A stretch of 64,000 nucleotides of DNA, taken from Candidatus Nomurabacteria bacterium RIFCSPLOWO2_01_FULL_41_18. GTDB lineage: Bacteria; Patescibacteriota; Minisyncoccia; Phycocordibacterales; UBA9973. The stretch is from contig MFUZ01000006.1 in assembly GCA_001785865.1 (NCBI GenBank), forward strand, positions 176,880 to 240,879, in the 5' to 3' direction. The notes below the pieces were generated by a model. The model was not told the origin of the DNA. It did not search any database and was given only the letters and a program-made list of their open reading frames with translations. Shown here in pieces: positions 1 to 10,263 of this stretch (within the stretch, counting starts at the first letter, position 1; each line of letters opens with the position of its first letter). The position numbers and the translations under genes are program-made.

Positions 1-586
1 CTTTCTTATATTCATTGATTTGTTTCTGAGCATGAGAAAAACTGCTAGTGTCTTCAATGTTGGCAAAGTGCGCATAGATCCCAGAAACTTTTATATTGTT
101 GCATTTTTTTATTTCTGAAAATAAACTCGGCAACTCACTCCATAAAAACCCTTCACGTCCAAGATACGCATCTATGGGAATATGAATCTCTTGTATTTTG
201 TTTAATTTTTTAGATACTTTATTTAATTCTTTTAATTGCCCTAATGAGAAAACAGTCAAAATGCAACCTAATTTTATTGCTCTAGATAAATCTGAATTTT
301 CCACGTATCCTAAAACCAAAGTTTTCTTTTTGCTTACTTTTTGTAAAAGTTCTAATTCTTCCACACTATTTAATTGAAAATAGTTTACATGTGGCTCCAA
401 AATTTTAGCAATTTCATTTTGCCCATGCCCGTAAGCGTTCCCCTTTATAGCCACAGAAAGTTTAGTCCCCCCGCCACGGCGGGCAGGCTTTTTTACTAAA
501 TTCCTAAACTGTTTGATGTTGCGAATCAAATTATTTTTAGAAAGTTCTATGTACGATAGAGGCAGCTTTTTTTTAATATCTTGCAT
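1..586 (-). CDS. alr: Alanine racemase, N-terminal part (runs off the window edge; not in ORF track)
   Basis: Manual translation MQDIKKKLPLSYIELSKNNLIRNI...VAIKGNAYGHG contains the PLP-lysine motif of Alr; adjacent to ddl. Confidence 0.9.
   Translation of the reverse strand, partial: MQDIKKKLPLSYIELSKNNLIRNIKQFRNLVKKPARRGGGTKLSVAIKGNAYGHGQNEIAKILEPHVNYFQLNSVEELELLQKVSKKKTLVLGYVENSDLSRAIKLGCILTVFSLGQLKELNKVSKKLNKIQEIHIPIDAYLGREGFLWSELPSLFSEIKKCNNIKVSGIYAHFANIEDTSSFSHAQKQINEYKK
467..488. repeat. Palindromic element CCCGCCACGGCGGGCAGG, in frame in alr (encodes PARRGGG)
   Basis: Hairpin; 14-bp core identical to 3417-3430. Confidence 0.8.
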
Positions 587-2930
587 TTTTAATAATTTTT
601 TCTAATAAATCTAATGGGAAAATTTTAGGACTTTCTGCTAGTGCTTGATGGTAAAGGACAGTCGAAGGAGTAAGAGCTGGTAGAGTATTAACCTCGATAA
701 TTATAAGAGCACCAGTTGTTGTATTCATAAAGGCGTCTATTCGTGCATATCCTTGAATTCCAATTTTGATAGCTAATTCTTCTGCTAAAACACAAGTTTT
801 GGAAACAATTTTAGGTTTTATAATTTCAATCGGTGGAGGGGTAATGTTTATACCCGTGCCACCCTGAAATTTTTCTTCTACGGAAAGTACTTCGCCTTCG
901 GCCACAGTCAAACTAGGATTAAAAGCGTGTAATTTATTATTTTCTTCTAAAATTCCAATAGTAACTTCCGCCCAGCCGTCTTTCCTTGTATATTTTAATT
1001 TATTTCCTTTGAAATGTATAATATCTGTTCTAACAAATTTCTCAAATAAAATTTCCTTTATCGCATGATTTGGCATTTCGATGATACTTTTCTGATTAGA
1101 TAAAGTCCCTGTAGGAATGAGGCTTTCATTTTTAAATAAATATTCTAAATAATTCTTTAAGTCAATTTCACTGTATAAATGAGCCACCCCAGTCGAACAT
1201 CCATCATCTTTGGGCTTTACTATCACAGTCTTTGAATCAAGTTCTGATTGGAGCAGATGCCAAAATTCTTTTATTCTGTCTATTTCTATGTCTTTCAAAA
1301 ATACAACTTTCTGTGAAGCAGTGCCTACTCCATTTATCCGTAAATTTCTTATAAATTCCCCTGTCGTAAATTTATCCATACAAAGACGGGAGGTTTTTTC
1401 ATCTGATCCGTTAAATTTTATCTCCTTATCTTGTAACGATTTTTGAAAATTACCATTCTCGCCATCCCCTCCATGTAATCCTAAAAATACAAACGGGGAC
1501 TTGTTTATAAAATCTTCAAAAGATATTTTTCTGGGCATAAAAAATGGTTCAGTTGCTTCTTCGTTTGAAATTAAAAGTTCATTTTTTACTTTTTCTATTA
1601 TATTCTCTGCATTTTTTTGGGTTACTTCAGCATTTTTAGCGTTAGTAATTATTTCTTCTACCGTATGGTTCAAGATCAGAGTGTATGGTAATTCCCACAC
1701 ATTGTTTTCAAAATCGAGCAAATACGGTTTCGGTTTATATATACTAGATTTACGCAATTTGAGCCATACATTAGTTCCACTCATGAGAGACACTTGTCTT
1801 TCCGATGTTTTTCCTCCAAAAATTACAGACACTTGTTTCTTTTCTCCTTCTTTTTGTTTTAAAGATTCTGAAAAATTTATTTTTTGTCTATTACAAGAGT
1901 TTTTAACGACATAACGTAATAAATCGCTATGACTCATGCCGATCCTTGAAGATTGTTGAAAAAGAAAACTATTTTGTTCCATACCTGACAAAGGATTAAA
2001 GTCAGAAAACCAAATTTCACCATTTTTAAGCAACCAACCATCGAAACGAGTAAAATCTTTCATGTCAAAAAGAGAAAACAGTTGCTTGGCTTGTGTTTGT
2101 ATTTTTTCAATTACTTCATTTGGGAACCTTGCTGGACAATGATATTTTACTTGGTTGGTTGGTAAATACTTTTTTCGGAAATCAAAAATCCTGCCTTCGT
2201 GATAAGCCATCTCTATTTCAGAAGGAACCAAGGCAACTGGCATACCGAGCTTGTTTTGTAATATTATGATTGTGAATTCCGTACCTTCTGCAAAAGGTTC
2301 TAGCACCACTCGAGTATCAATTCTTTTAGAGAAAAGAAGATTCACTTTTTCTACAGCTTCTTCCGGAGTATTCACAGAAAAAACTCCAATACTTGAACCA
2401 CTTGCTGCTGGTTTTACAATTGCACGTTTTACGTTATTTTTTATAAAAAACTCCTTGATTATTTTTTCGTTATCTTTAGAATATATTTTTAATAGAACAG
2501 AAGGAAGCGTAAAGAAACCTTTTTCTCGAAGAGTTTTATTTGCCTCATATTTATCGAAGGCCATTTTGCAAGCCTTACTGCTTGATCCAATAAAAGGAAT
2601 TTTATTTTTTTCTAAAAATGTTTGAATTTGTCCATCTTCACCAAATGCACCATGCATCGCAGAAAAAGTTATATCAACTGACTTTAAAAACTTCGCCAAA
2701 GATTTTTGACTTAAGGGTGAAGAATTTTTTGCTAATTTAAAATCAAAATCAGAAGGGTTATTAGAATAAAGATCAGAACAAGAAATTTTGTAAGCTCTTT
2801 TTTTTTGATCAAAATAAATTGGAACGATTTCAATATTTTCACTCGATAGATGATCGAGAACAGACCTAGCGGAATTTAATGATATTCCGCGTTCCAAAGA
2901 CGGACCGCCTGTAAGAAGTGCTATTTTCAT
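573..2930 (-). CDS. ddl: D-alanine--D-alanine ligase with two tandem Ddl domains
   Basis: Two copies each of GGxSxERxxSL (GGPSLERGISL, GGKTSERQVSL), HGxxGExG, KP..GSS/GCS and ATP-grasp end motifs (DFNPLSG, EVNTLP). Confidence 0.88.
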   Translation of the reverse strand: MKIALLTGGPSLERGISLNSARSVLDHLSSENIEIVPIYFDQKKRAYKISCSDLYSNNPSDFDFKLAKNSSPLSQKSLAKFLKSVDITFSAMHGAFGEDGQIQTFLEKNKIPFIGSSSKACKMAFDKYEANKTLREKGFFTLPSVLLKIYSKDNEKIIKEFFIKNNVKRAIVKPAASGSSIGVFSVNTPEEAVEKVNLLFSKRIDTRVVLEPFAEGTEFTIIILQNKLGMPVALVPSEIEMAYHEGRIFDFRKKYLPTNQVKYHCPARFPNEVIEKIQTQAKQLFSLFDMKDFTRFDGWLLKNGEIWFSDFNPLSGMEQNSFLFQQSSRIGMSHSDLLRYVVKNSCNRQKINFSESLKQKEGEKKQVSVIFGGKTSERQVSLMSGTNVWLKLRKSSIYKPKPYLLDFENNVWELPYTLILNHTVEEIITNAKNAEVTQKNAENIIEKVKNELLISNEEATEPFFMPRKISFEDFINKSPFVFLGLHGGDGENGNFQKSLQDKEIKFNGSDEKTSRLCMDKFTTGEFIRNLRINGVGTASQKVVFLKDIEIDRIKEFWHLLQSELDSKTVIVKPKDDGCSTGVAHLYSEIDLKNYLEYLFKNESLIPTGTLSNQKSIIEMPNHAIKEILFEKFVRTDIIHFKGNKLKYTRKDGWAEVTIGILEENNKLHAFNPSLTVAEGEVLSVEEKFQGGTGINITPPPIEIIKPKIVSKTCVLAEELAIKIGIQGYARIDAFMNTTTGALIIIEVNTLPALTPSTVLYHQALAESPKIFPLDLLEKIIKNARY

Positions 2931-2963
2931 ATTTTTTTGCAGAAAATGACCTTAAATCTGCCT

Positions 2964-3707
2964 TTACAGTATAGCACTATTTAGATTTTTAGGGAAGTTA
3001 GTTAAATTCTTATAACCATTTTTTGTTATCAACACCATATCCTCTATTCTTACCCCACCGAAACCTTTCAGGTATATTCCCGGCTCTATAGTCATCACAC
3101 ACCCCACAGGAATAATGTCTTCACTCTTTGGTTTAAAATTTGGCCACTCGTGAATGACAGTGCCGACTCCATGCCCAAGTCCATGTTTAAAATTATTTTT
3201 AAATTTCTTCGCCAAAAAACTTCTAGCAACTCTATCTACTACTTTTGCTTTCTTTTCCCCCTTACTCAACTTCGCTAAAGCACGATTCTGGGCTTCGAGA
3301 ACTACTTGATAAACTTTTTTCTGCTTAGCAGTAGGTTTGCCCCAAAAATAAGTGCGAGTCATGTCTGAACAATAATGATTTATTGTGCATCCAAAATCAA
3401 ACATGATTATATCCGCCCCGCCACGGCGGGTAAACTTTTTTAATTTAGTTTTTCCCGGATTGTGGTGAATATTCGCAGTATTTTTACCAAAAGAAACTAT
3501 TGGTGGAAAGGACAACACATTTACGCCATGGCGTAAATGTGTTTTTTTAATAAAATTTGCAATTTCAAGCTCTGTCACTCCATCCCGTAATTTTTCTATA
3601 GTCTTTTGCAAAACCTTCTCGCTTATCCTCTGCGCTTTTACAATATTTGCCAACTCTTTTTTACTTTTTACCGCCCGTACTTCGTGAATGAGTTTTGTTT
3701 TTTTCAT
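2964..3707 (-). CDS. M24 family Xaa-Pro peptidase (catalytic domain only)
   Basis: DFG...YCSDMTRT, HGLGHGVG..IHE, TIEPGIY, GVRIED motifs. Confidence 0.9.
   Translation of the reverse strand: MKKTKLIHEVRAVKSKKELANIVKAQRISEKVLQKTIEKLRDGVTELEIANFIKKTHLRHGVNVLSFPPIVSFGKNTANIHHNPGKTKLKKFTRRGGADIIMFDFGCTINHYCSDMTRTYFWGKPTAKQKKVYQVVLEAQNRALAKLSKGEKKAKVVDRVARSFLAKKFKNNFKHGLGHGVGTVIHEWPNFKPKSEDIIPVGCVMTIEPGIYLKGFGGVRIEDMVLITKNGYKNLTNFPKNLNSAIL
3514..3543. repeat. Perfect 30-bp palindrome inside the peptidase gene
   Basis: AACACATTTACGCCA|TGGCGTAAATGTGTT; degenerate relative at 10873-10898. Confidence 0.85.
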
Positions 3708-3756
3708 GGTTCGATTTTGCTCACCATGACCCTGAGAATTTATTCGAATGGGTCAT
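3705..3756 (-). repeat. Double-hairpin repeat ending in the start codon of the downstream gene (copy 1)
   Basis: Reverse complement ATGACCCATTCGAATAAATTCTCAGGGTCATGGTGAGCAAAATCGAACCATG matches 57403-57453 and 56818-56894. Confidence 0.85.
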
Positions 3757-3792
3757 AATTAACTATCCGCATATTCGCGCGAATTAGAGATA

Positions 3793-4908
3793 TCAAAAGA
3801 ATTTAACTATGTCATTAAAGGTCACGAGAACCATAAGCAATATCAGGATGCCGAAGCCGATCATATTGGCTGTATTGGCAACTTTCGGATTGATTCGCGA
3901 ACCCTTTATTTTTTCGATTAACAAGAAGAATAGCCGCCCGCCGTCTAGTGCTGGAAATGGCACCAGGTTGATCACCGCTAGGCTTACAGAGATGAGTGCA
4001 GCAAAAGACAATAAATACCCCACTCCTACGTCAAATACGACTCCAGTGACCTTGGCGAGCCCTACAGGGCCTATCACCGATTCGCGTATGGCCTTTGATT
4101 CCGGACCGCCAAAAACAAGCTTTTTGAGCCCTACAATCGTATCTCGAGAGGTAAGCAAGGTGGTTTGCAGGCCATAATTGATTGACTCAAAAAAATTGAA
4201 TTTTCCAGAGATTAAGGTATAAGGCATGATGCCGATCAAAGCTCGCCCGACTTCATCATTAGCTTCTGGAATCAGATCTACTGATTTTTCTTCGCCACTC
4301 CGCAGATAAGATATACGAATCGTTTCTCCTGGCTTGTCGGTAAAAGCGATGAATTCATCCAAGGTCGGCGTTTCCATTTTTTCATTATTTGTCTCTATAG
4401 CAGTCAAGATGTCTCCCGCTTCCAGTCCCGCTTTTTCCGCCGGACTTTTTGACGCCACTCCGAGCACTACTATCTTTTCTGTCATCTGCTCAAGGGCGCC
4501 TTTAGGAATACTGTCAGTCGCAAGCGGAGAACCAATAAAAAGCGTGCTCGCAAACAAGAGCCACGCCAAAAGGAAATTCATAAAGACTCCAGCAAACAAC
4601 ACTATCGCCTGTTTCCATTTCGCTTTATTGTAAAATTTTCTGTCTTCATCTGGGCCATTAGTATTTCTTGCTCCGTCCTTGGCAGGGTCATCATTTGGAT
4701 TCTCACCAAATATTTTAACAAATCCGCCTATGGGCAGGAGGTTTAGACTATATTCAGTTTCTCCAAATTTCTTGCCGAATATTTTAGGTGGGAAACCAAA
4801 ACCAAATTCATCCACGCGGATGCCGAACTTCTTCGCAGTAAAAAAATGTCCGAACTCGTGGACTAGGACCAGCACTAGTAGAATAATTATGAATATAATA
4901 ATTGACAT
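3793..4908 (-). CDS. rseP: RIP metalloprotease RseP (M50, PDZ)
   Basis: HEFGH, PDZ segment, NLVPFPALDGG. Confidence 0.93.
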   Translation of the reverse strand: MSIIIFIIILLVLVLVHEFGHFFTAKKFGIRVDEFGFGFPPKIFGKKFGETEYSLNLLPIGGFVKIFGENPNDDPAKDGARNTNGPDEDRKFYNKAKWKQAIVLFAGVFMNFLLAWLLFASTLFIGSPLATDSIPKGALEQMTEKIVVLGVASKSPAEKAGLEAGDILTAIETNNEKMETPTLDEFIAFTDKPGETIRISYLRSGEEKSVDLIPEANDEVGRALIGIMPYTLISGKFNFFESINYGLQTTLLTSRDTIVGLKKLVFGGPESKAIRESVIGPVGLAKVTGVVFDVGVGYLLSFAALISVSLAVINLVPFPALDGGRLFFLLIEKIKGSRINPKVANTANMIGFGILILLMVLVTFNDIVKFF

Positions 4909-4921
4909 GAATTTTTAGCAC

Positions 4922-5473
4922 CTAACCTAAGACTTCCTTCTGCTTTTTCTCGAAGCTTGCTTCCAGACTCTTATTCGCTTCGTCGATAATTTTTTGCAAC
5001 TCGTCTTTTGCTCGAAATTTATCATCATCTGTAAGTTTGCCTTCCTTGTGTTTCACTTCCACATCTTGCCAGACACGTTCTCGCTCACGACGCACCGTAA
5101 TCCTCTGCTCCTCTAATTTATCTTTCAAAACTTTTACGAGGTTTTGTCTTGTTTCTGTGGTTAGTTGTGGAAAAATAACTCTGATGCCCATGTCGTCAGT
5201 AGCTACTGACAATCCTAAATTTGAAGCATTTATAGCTTTCTCTATATCTTTAATTTGATTTTTATCAAAAGGAACAATGCGTATAGTTTTCGGATCTTCG
5301 ATAGATACAGAAGAAACATTCTTGAGTGGAACACGAGAACCATATGTTTCAACCGATACTCCATCCAAAACCATCGGCGAAGCCCGACCGATGTTTAATT
5401 GACTGTATTCCTTCCCCAAAAACTCCCCCACCTTTTTTATCTCTGTCTTAAAATTTGAAAAATTGTACTGCAT
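4922..5473 (-). CDS. frr: Ribosome recycling factor
   Basis: IGRASP..LD, IR..FPQLTTETR, ELQKIID. Confidence 0.95.
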   Translation of the reverse strand: MQYNFSNFKTEIKKVGEFLGKEYSQLNIGRASPMVLDGVSVETYGSRVPLKNVSSVSIEDPKTIRIVPFDKNQIKDIEKAINASNLGLSVATDDMGIRVIFPQLTTETRQNLVKVLKDKLEEQRITVRRERERVWQDVEVKHKEGKLTDDDKFRAKDELQKIIDEANKSLEASFEKKQKEVLG

Positions 5474-5574
5474 AACTTGATTATATCATACTTTTTAATT
5501 TAATAAATGTGCATAAAAAGAGAAACCCGCCAAACGAACGGAGGGTTTCCTGTTCGGGCGGGTCGAATGAATTT

Positions 5575-6075
5575 TCAACTATGTGCTTTTTTTTGAAGCC
5601 TGTCAGCCTCGAAGCAATCTACCAACTGTTCAGCGCCACAGACAAGCACTCGAGCGTTCACTTGCGCAAGTTCCTCGTAAGGCCACCAGAAGCCCAGCCC
5701 ATCCTCTGAAGGACAAAAACAAATCTTTTTTTTGTCCTTTGAAACCTTGCTTGTAAATGCGACGAATCCCATTGACCAATCTCCGTAGCGTGGTACAACG
5801 TAATCAACGCCCCCAACAATTTGCGCCACTCCTGTTTTGGTTTTTGGTTGATGAAAGCTGCACAAGAAATTTGGGAAATAGATTCGCAGATGTCTGAGTG
5901 GGTTGTCGCCAAACTCGAAACATTTGTCAATATAACCCCAGATGTCTTCGAGAACTTGGCTCAGGGTATCGTCAAATTGTTTATCAACAGGATCGAAATC
6001 CTGAAAGGGATCGCCTGAGTAGTTAAGAACCTTGTTCCTTATCGGATACAAGTAATGGTCTTTTGCTTTTTTCAT
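5575..6075 (-). CDS. Orphan hypothetical protein in a self-contained cassette
   Basis: ORF with GGAG upstream of ATG 6075, own promoter 6174-6202 and a terminator-like hairpin near 5519-5565. Confidence 0.6.
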   Translation of the reverse strand: MKKAKDHYLYPIRNKVLNYSGDPFQDFDPVDKQFDDTLSQVLEDIWGYIDKCFEFGDNPLRHLRIYFPNFLCSFHQPKTKTGVAQIVGGVDYVVPRYGDWSMGFVAFTSKVSKDKKKICFCPSEDGLGFWWPYEELAQVNARVLVCGAEQLVDCFEADRLQKKAHS

Positions 6076-6173
6076 TTTTGGATTCTCCAAAAGTCTCGCG
6101 GACTATCTCACACTTAGGAACATTCCTGTTGAAGCTTTGGTGACAAGCTTATGTTAAAGGACACTACACTTTA

Positions 6174-6202
6174 AGTATAGCATATCTACACCCAAAAGTC
6201 AA
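6174..6202 (-). promoter_or_regulatory. Sigma70-type promoter with extended -10
   Basis: TTGACT-17 nt-TATACT; 25/29 identical to the promoter at 60760-60788. Confidence 0.75.
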
Positions 6203-6224
6203 GCTTTTTTGCGGTATATTCAGT

Positions 6225-7925
6225 CTAGTAAACCTCCAACTGATAGCACTTCTCGCAATAAATTATTTTTGATTTATCTGGTGCATAACTTGTTTCAAAA
6301 GAAACCTCACACTTATTTTTATGATCATGATTTTCTTTATCACACATACAAGTTCTAGTCCAAAGTTTATTTGGCCCTCTATTTTGAAAACGTCTTATAT
6401 GCCGGCACTCTGGGCAATTTCTCGGAATCGGTATTTGCATTCTTTTATAAAAACCAAGTTCATCTTCTATAATTCTATAATTCTTTTTGCATTCTAAACA
6501 CACAAAAACTTCTTTACCCACATCAAAATCAGAAGGCAATTCTGAAATAGAATCTGGAAAAGTTTTCCAATCAACAGTTTCTTTTCCATAAGTTCCCCTC
6601 GGGGTATCTTCCCATTTGAAACCTTGCTTTAATGCTTCTTCTTTCGTAAGCGGAAATTCATCCATAACAGATGATTCATTGTAACCAAATGGAGAAAGCT
6701 CTTTTGGAAAGAAATCTCCATAAATCCCTTCTTGTGTCATTTTTGCAATTATTTCTGCGCGTAATTTTTTATATTCTTCTTTACTGTATTGTTTATTTAA
6801 AATACAATAAGAACCTTTTATTAAACCAGCGCAACCGAAACAATCTTTGGAATTTGGACAATTTGCACAATATTCCATAAACTGCGAACCCCAACACATC
6901 GATCCACAAATTACATTCGAGGCTTGTAGTCCTGTATTGTGACTATTGTAAATAAGTTCAGCAGAACGACCTGCTGTATTACAATCCACGCAATCCTTAG
7001 CTCCACGCCACACATGCACAGAATAAGCATTATCTTCTGCTTCATATGAATGAAAACAGTGATGATTGTTTTTTACATTAATCATGTAATTGCCTGTGGA
7101 ATTAACTGCGTTTGTGATTTCGGCAAATTTTCTCGGCTGATCTTTTAGGAAATTTTTATATTCTTTTCTGAAGGCTTCCACCCCAGTGTAAGTATCTAAT
7201 TTAAAAGATTTTAATTTTTTCTCATATTCTTCTTTTGAATATTGTGTATTGAAAATATTATACTTCTGTCCTCGTAAATTTATACAACCCAGACAATTCG
7301 TACAATTTCTGCAATTAAGTAAGAAAAAACTCTCTAGACAGTTGTAACACCCCTTTGAGAAGCGCAAAGAATGCGAGTCATAACAATCATCAACTTCATA
7401 AGAAAGTTCAACTTTATTGGTAAAAGAACAATCAGCTAAATCTTTTGAAAGTTGTATCCAGTGGCAATTTATGCAGTTTTCGTTATTGGAAGATTCCGTA
7501 ATTACATAACAATTTTTGTTGTCAGCTGCAAAATTAAGATAACTTGAATTTACACTTCTTTCATGAATAAGTGAAAGTTTCGGAACTTTATTCCACAACT
7601 CATTAAACTGCTCAAAAAATGTTTTTTCTGAATCATAATTTTGAGCGTATTTTTTGGCGTCCAAATCATCACTCCACCAACAGTCATGACACCAGACAGG
7701 ATAAGTTTTATTGGGGCTAAATATAGAAATGTGATCTTTTTTACAGTTATCACATTTGTGCTTATAAAAAAATCTTTCATTTTTAAAACAAAGCCGGAGT
7801 TGCATTCGGCATTCTGGACAAAGTTTGGGTGGTAACACCTCCATTTTTTCATAAAACCCAAAATCATTCGGCTCAATAGTGAAATCTTTTTTACAGTTTT
7901 GGCAAATTTTTGTTTGTTGATTCAT
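6225..7925 (-). CDS. Cysteine-rich protein of the family common in CPR genomes (terminal CxxC zinc ribbons, central Cys/Asn/Ser repeats)
   Basis: CQNC, CPEC, CDNC, CHDC...CLEC, CPEC, CEKC plus central C-x2-C-x2-C repeats. Confidence 0.75.
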   Translation of the reverse strand: MNQQTKICQNCKKDFTIEPNDFGFYEKMEVLPPKLCPECRMQLRLCFKNERFFYKHKCDNCKKDHISIFSPNKTYPVWCHDCWWSDDLDAKKYAQNYDSEKTFFEQFNELWNKVPKLSLIHERSVNSSYLNFAADNKNCYVITESSNNENCINCHWIQLSKDLADCSFTNKVELSYEVDDCYDSHSLRFSKGCYNCLESFFLLNCRNCTNCLGCINLRGQKYNIFNTQYSKEEYEKKLKSFKLDTYTGVEAFRKEYKNFLKDQPRKFAEITNAVNSTGNYMINVKNNHHCFHSYEAEDNAYSVHVWRGAKDCVDCNTAGRSAELIYNSHNTGLQASNVICGSMCWGSQFMEYCANCPNSKDCFGCAGLIKGSYCILNKQYSKEEYKKLRAEIIAKMTQEGIYGDFFPKELSPFGYNESSVMDEFPLTKEEALKQGFKWEDTPRGTYGKETVDWKTFPDSISELPSDFDVGKEVFVCLECKKNYRIIEDELGFYKRMQIPIPRNCPECRHIRRFQNRGPNKLWTRTCMCDKENHDHKNKCEVSFETSYAPDKSKIIYCEKCYQLEVY

Positions 7926-7931
7926 AAAACA

Positions 7932-8660
7932 TTATATTTTCTCCGGTATTACCAAAGCCACAGATTCCATCAAGGTCTTAGAGGAACTTCCGGGCATACG
8001 CAAGAATTCACGGACTTTAAAAATGTGCTCAAAAAATCTAGTATCAAAGGGCATCTTTGACATGAACTTATTATGCAAAATAAGTTCTAGCGCATTTAGA
8101 AATTTCAAAGCTTTTGAGCGAGTGGAATCTAAGGCAATAATTTCATTTCCCTCTTCGTCCTCTTCTTCTGATTCAGCTAATAATTCTTTTATAAAATCAA
8201 TTCTTTTTTGCAAAGGCATATTTATAAACTTCTCTACTTCTTTTGTGTCTTCTCCTAATTCCGTAAGGCCTTGCCTTGGGGAGATTACATAAAATCTAGA
8301 AACTAAAGTTTTTAGAAGAGAATTTGTATCTGGCACGACCAGAAAGAAATGTGTATTTTCTATAGGCTCTTCAAACATTTTTAGCAAGACATTCTGCGCA
8401 TCTAAAGAAAAACTATTAACACAAACAACGAAAATTTTTTTAGTAGAAGAGAAACCTTTGTTCGTTGACATCGCACGCAAATCAAACGCCTCATCTATTT
8501 TTAGGTTATCAATTGTGATGTGACAAAAATCAGGATTACCCGAAGTTTTAATACCTAAATCTTCACAAAATCGTAAAATCTCCGGCACAATTTTCTCTCG
8601 TCCTCCTTCTATTAAGTAAGCATGGTGTAAATTATTTTTATCTAAGTGTTTTGAAATCAT
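7932..8660 (-). CDS. holB: DNA polymerase III delta-prime-like subunit
   Basis: LHHAYLIEG, NPDF, AQNVLLKMFEEP, LLKTLVSR. Confidence 0.8.
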   Translation of the reverse strand: MISKHLDKNNLHHAYLIEGGREKIVPEILRFCEDLGIKTSGNPDFCHITIDNLKIDEAFDLRAMSTNKGFSSTKKIFVVCVNSFSLDAQNVLLKMFEEPIENTHFFLVVPDTNSLLKTLVSRFYVISPRQGLTELGEDTKEVEKFINMPLQKRIDFIKELLAESEEEDEEGNEIIALDSTRSKALKFLNALELILHNKFMSKMPFDTRFFEHIFKVREFLRMPGSSSKTLMESVALVIPEKI

Positions 8661-8678
8661 GTGAATATTTTTTAAATT

Positions 8679-8810
8679 AATAGCTTCTCTCGAAAAGCAA
8701 TCTATCTGGCAAAGCTTTGCCAGCGAACTGCTCGTCGCTCAAGAAAATAATAATCGGAATACCTATTTTATTTTCTAAGCTTCTGCGCAAGGCTTTTCTT
8801 AAGAACTATT
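8679..8810 (-). mobile_element. ~130-bp structured non-coding element with imperfect terminal inverted repeats (copy 1)
   Basis: Near-identical inverted copy at 12119-12252; internal hairpin CTGGCAAAGCTTTGCCAG. Confidence 0.75.
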
Positions 8811-8823
8811 TAATTTAAAATAA

Positions 8824-9837
8824 CTATTTTTTACTTAAAACTGTTTTCTTATATACATCCAAATGCTCCAATGCTATGCCTGTGCCCTTTACCACACAAA
8901 AAAGAGGATCTTCGGCTAAGGCCGCCTTTACCCCAGTTTTCCTGTAAACCAAATCAGTAAAATTGCGCAATTGAGACGAACCTCCGGTCATAATGATTCC
9001 TTGATCTATGATGTCGGAAGCAAGCTCGGGTGGAGTTTCTTGCAGTACATCTTTGATAGCTTGTATTATTTGTTTTAATTCTCCGTCTATGGCTTTAACT
9101 ATCTCATTTGTACCTACTCGCGCAGAACGAGGCAATCCCTGAATATAATCTCTACCCTTGATAGTAACATTAAGTTCTTCTTCCAAAAGTACAGCCGCAC
9201 CGATTTTTATTTTTACTTCTTCCGCTGTCCTGTCACCTATTGCTAGATTGAAGGTTTTTTTAATATAATCTGCTATTGCTTGATCTATTTTATTTCCGGC
9301 ACATTTAACTGATTTGGAAGAAACTATTCCGCCGAGCGATATAACTGCCACATCCGTCGTTCCTCCACCTATGTCCACTACCATATGCCCTCTAGACTCG
9401 TAAATCGGTATCCCAGCGCCAATAGCAGCCAAAATGGGTTCTTTGACGACATATGCATTCTTTGCACCTGCACGTATTGCGGCCTCTATTACAGCTCTGC
9501 GTTCTGTGCTGGTGACTCCGGCAGGTACTGAAACCATCACATCTGGTTTAAAGAAATTGAATCGCCCCATCGCTTTATTTATAAAATAACGAAGCATGGC
9601 TTCTGTCACACGATAGTCAGCAATCACACCGTCTTTCATCGGACAATAAGTAATGATGGATTCAGGGGTTTTGCCGATCATATCCTTGGCTTCGAAACCG
9701 ATAGCTAGAATCTTGTTGTCTTGCTCAGAAACTGCTACCACCGAAGGCTCGTTTAAGATTATCCCCTTGCCAGGCAAAAATACCAAGGTATTCGCTGTTC
9801 CTAAATCTATGCCTAATTTTTTCGTAAAAATACCCAT
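8824..9837 (-). CDS. mreB: Rod shape-determining protein MreB
   Basis: GIDLGTANT, EPSVVA, VDIGGGTTD, TGGSSQL. Confidence 0.96.
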   Translation of the reverse strand: MGIFTKKLGIDLGTANTLVFLPGKGIILNEPSVVAVSEQDNKILAIGFEAKDMIGKTPESIITYCPMKDGVIADYRVTEAMLRYFINKAMGRFNFFKPDVMVSVPAGVTSTERRAVIEAAIRAGAKNAYVVKEPILAAIGAGIPIYESRGHMVVDIGGGTTDVAVISLGGIVSSKSVKCAGNKIDQAIADYIKKTFNLAIGDRTAEEVKIKIGAAVLLEEELNVTIKGRDYIQGLPRSARVGTNEIVKAIDGELKQIIQAIKDVLQETPPELASDIIDQGIIMTGGSSQLRNFTDLVYRKTGVKAALAEDPLFCVVKGTGIALEHLDVYKKTVLSKK

Positions 9838-9875
9838 TTAACTAATATATATTATTTTTGTGTTAAAATCAAAGA

Positions 9876-10229
9876 ATGAAAGATAAGGAACAAGAAGAGA
9901 AAAAAGAAGAAAAAGATCTTGAAAATAATTTAAAAAATCCATTTGCAGGATATTTAGATAATTTAAAAAAACATAAGCAAGCAGTGAACCCTGTTCACGA
10001 AATCGTAAACTGCTATTACAAAATGAACGGCTGGGAAAAGATGCCTAAAGATTTTTATACCGGCCGATATGCCTACAACAAGCTCGCTAGTGAGGCAAAA
10101 AAATTATATATAGCTTGTAGCGAAGAACTTGATGATTGTATTTGGGCGTTAGATAAAATGAAATACTTGGCAGAAAAAGGTGGCTTTGATTGGTCTATAA
10201 TTACCTGCTTGAAACATAAATTGAAATAG
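9876..10229 (+). CDS. Hypothetical protein
   Basis: 117-aa ORF with ordinary composition filling the gap divergent from mreB. Confidence 0.7.
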   Translation: MKDKEQEEKKEEKDLENNLKNPFAGYLDNLKKHKQAVNPVHEIVNCYYKMNGWEKMPKDFYTGRYAYNKLASEAKKLYIACSEELDDCIWALDKMKYLAEKGGFDWSIITCLKHKLK

Positions 10230-10263
10230 TATATATTTTAATAAATCAACCGAAAGGAAAATT

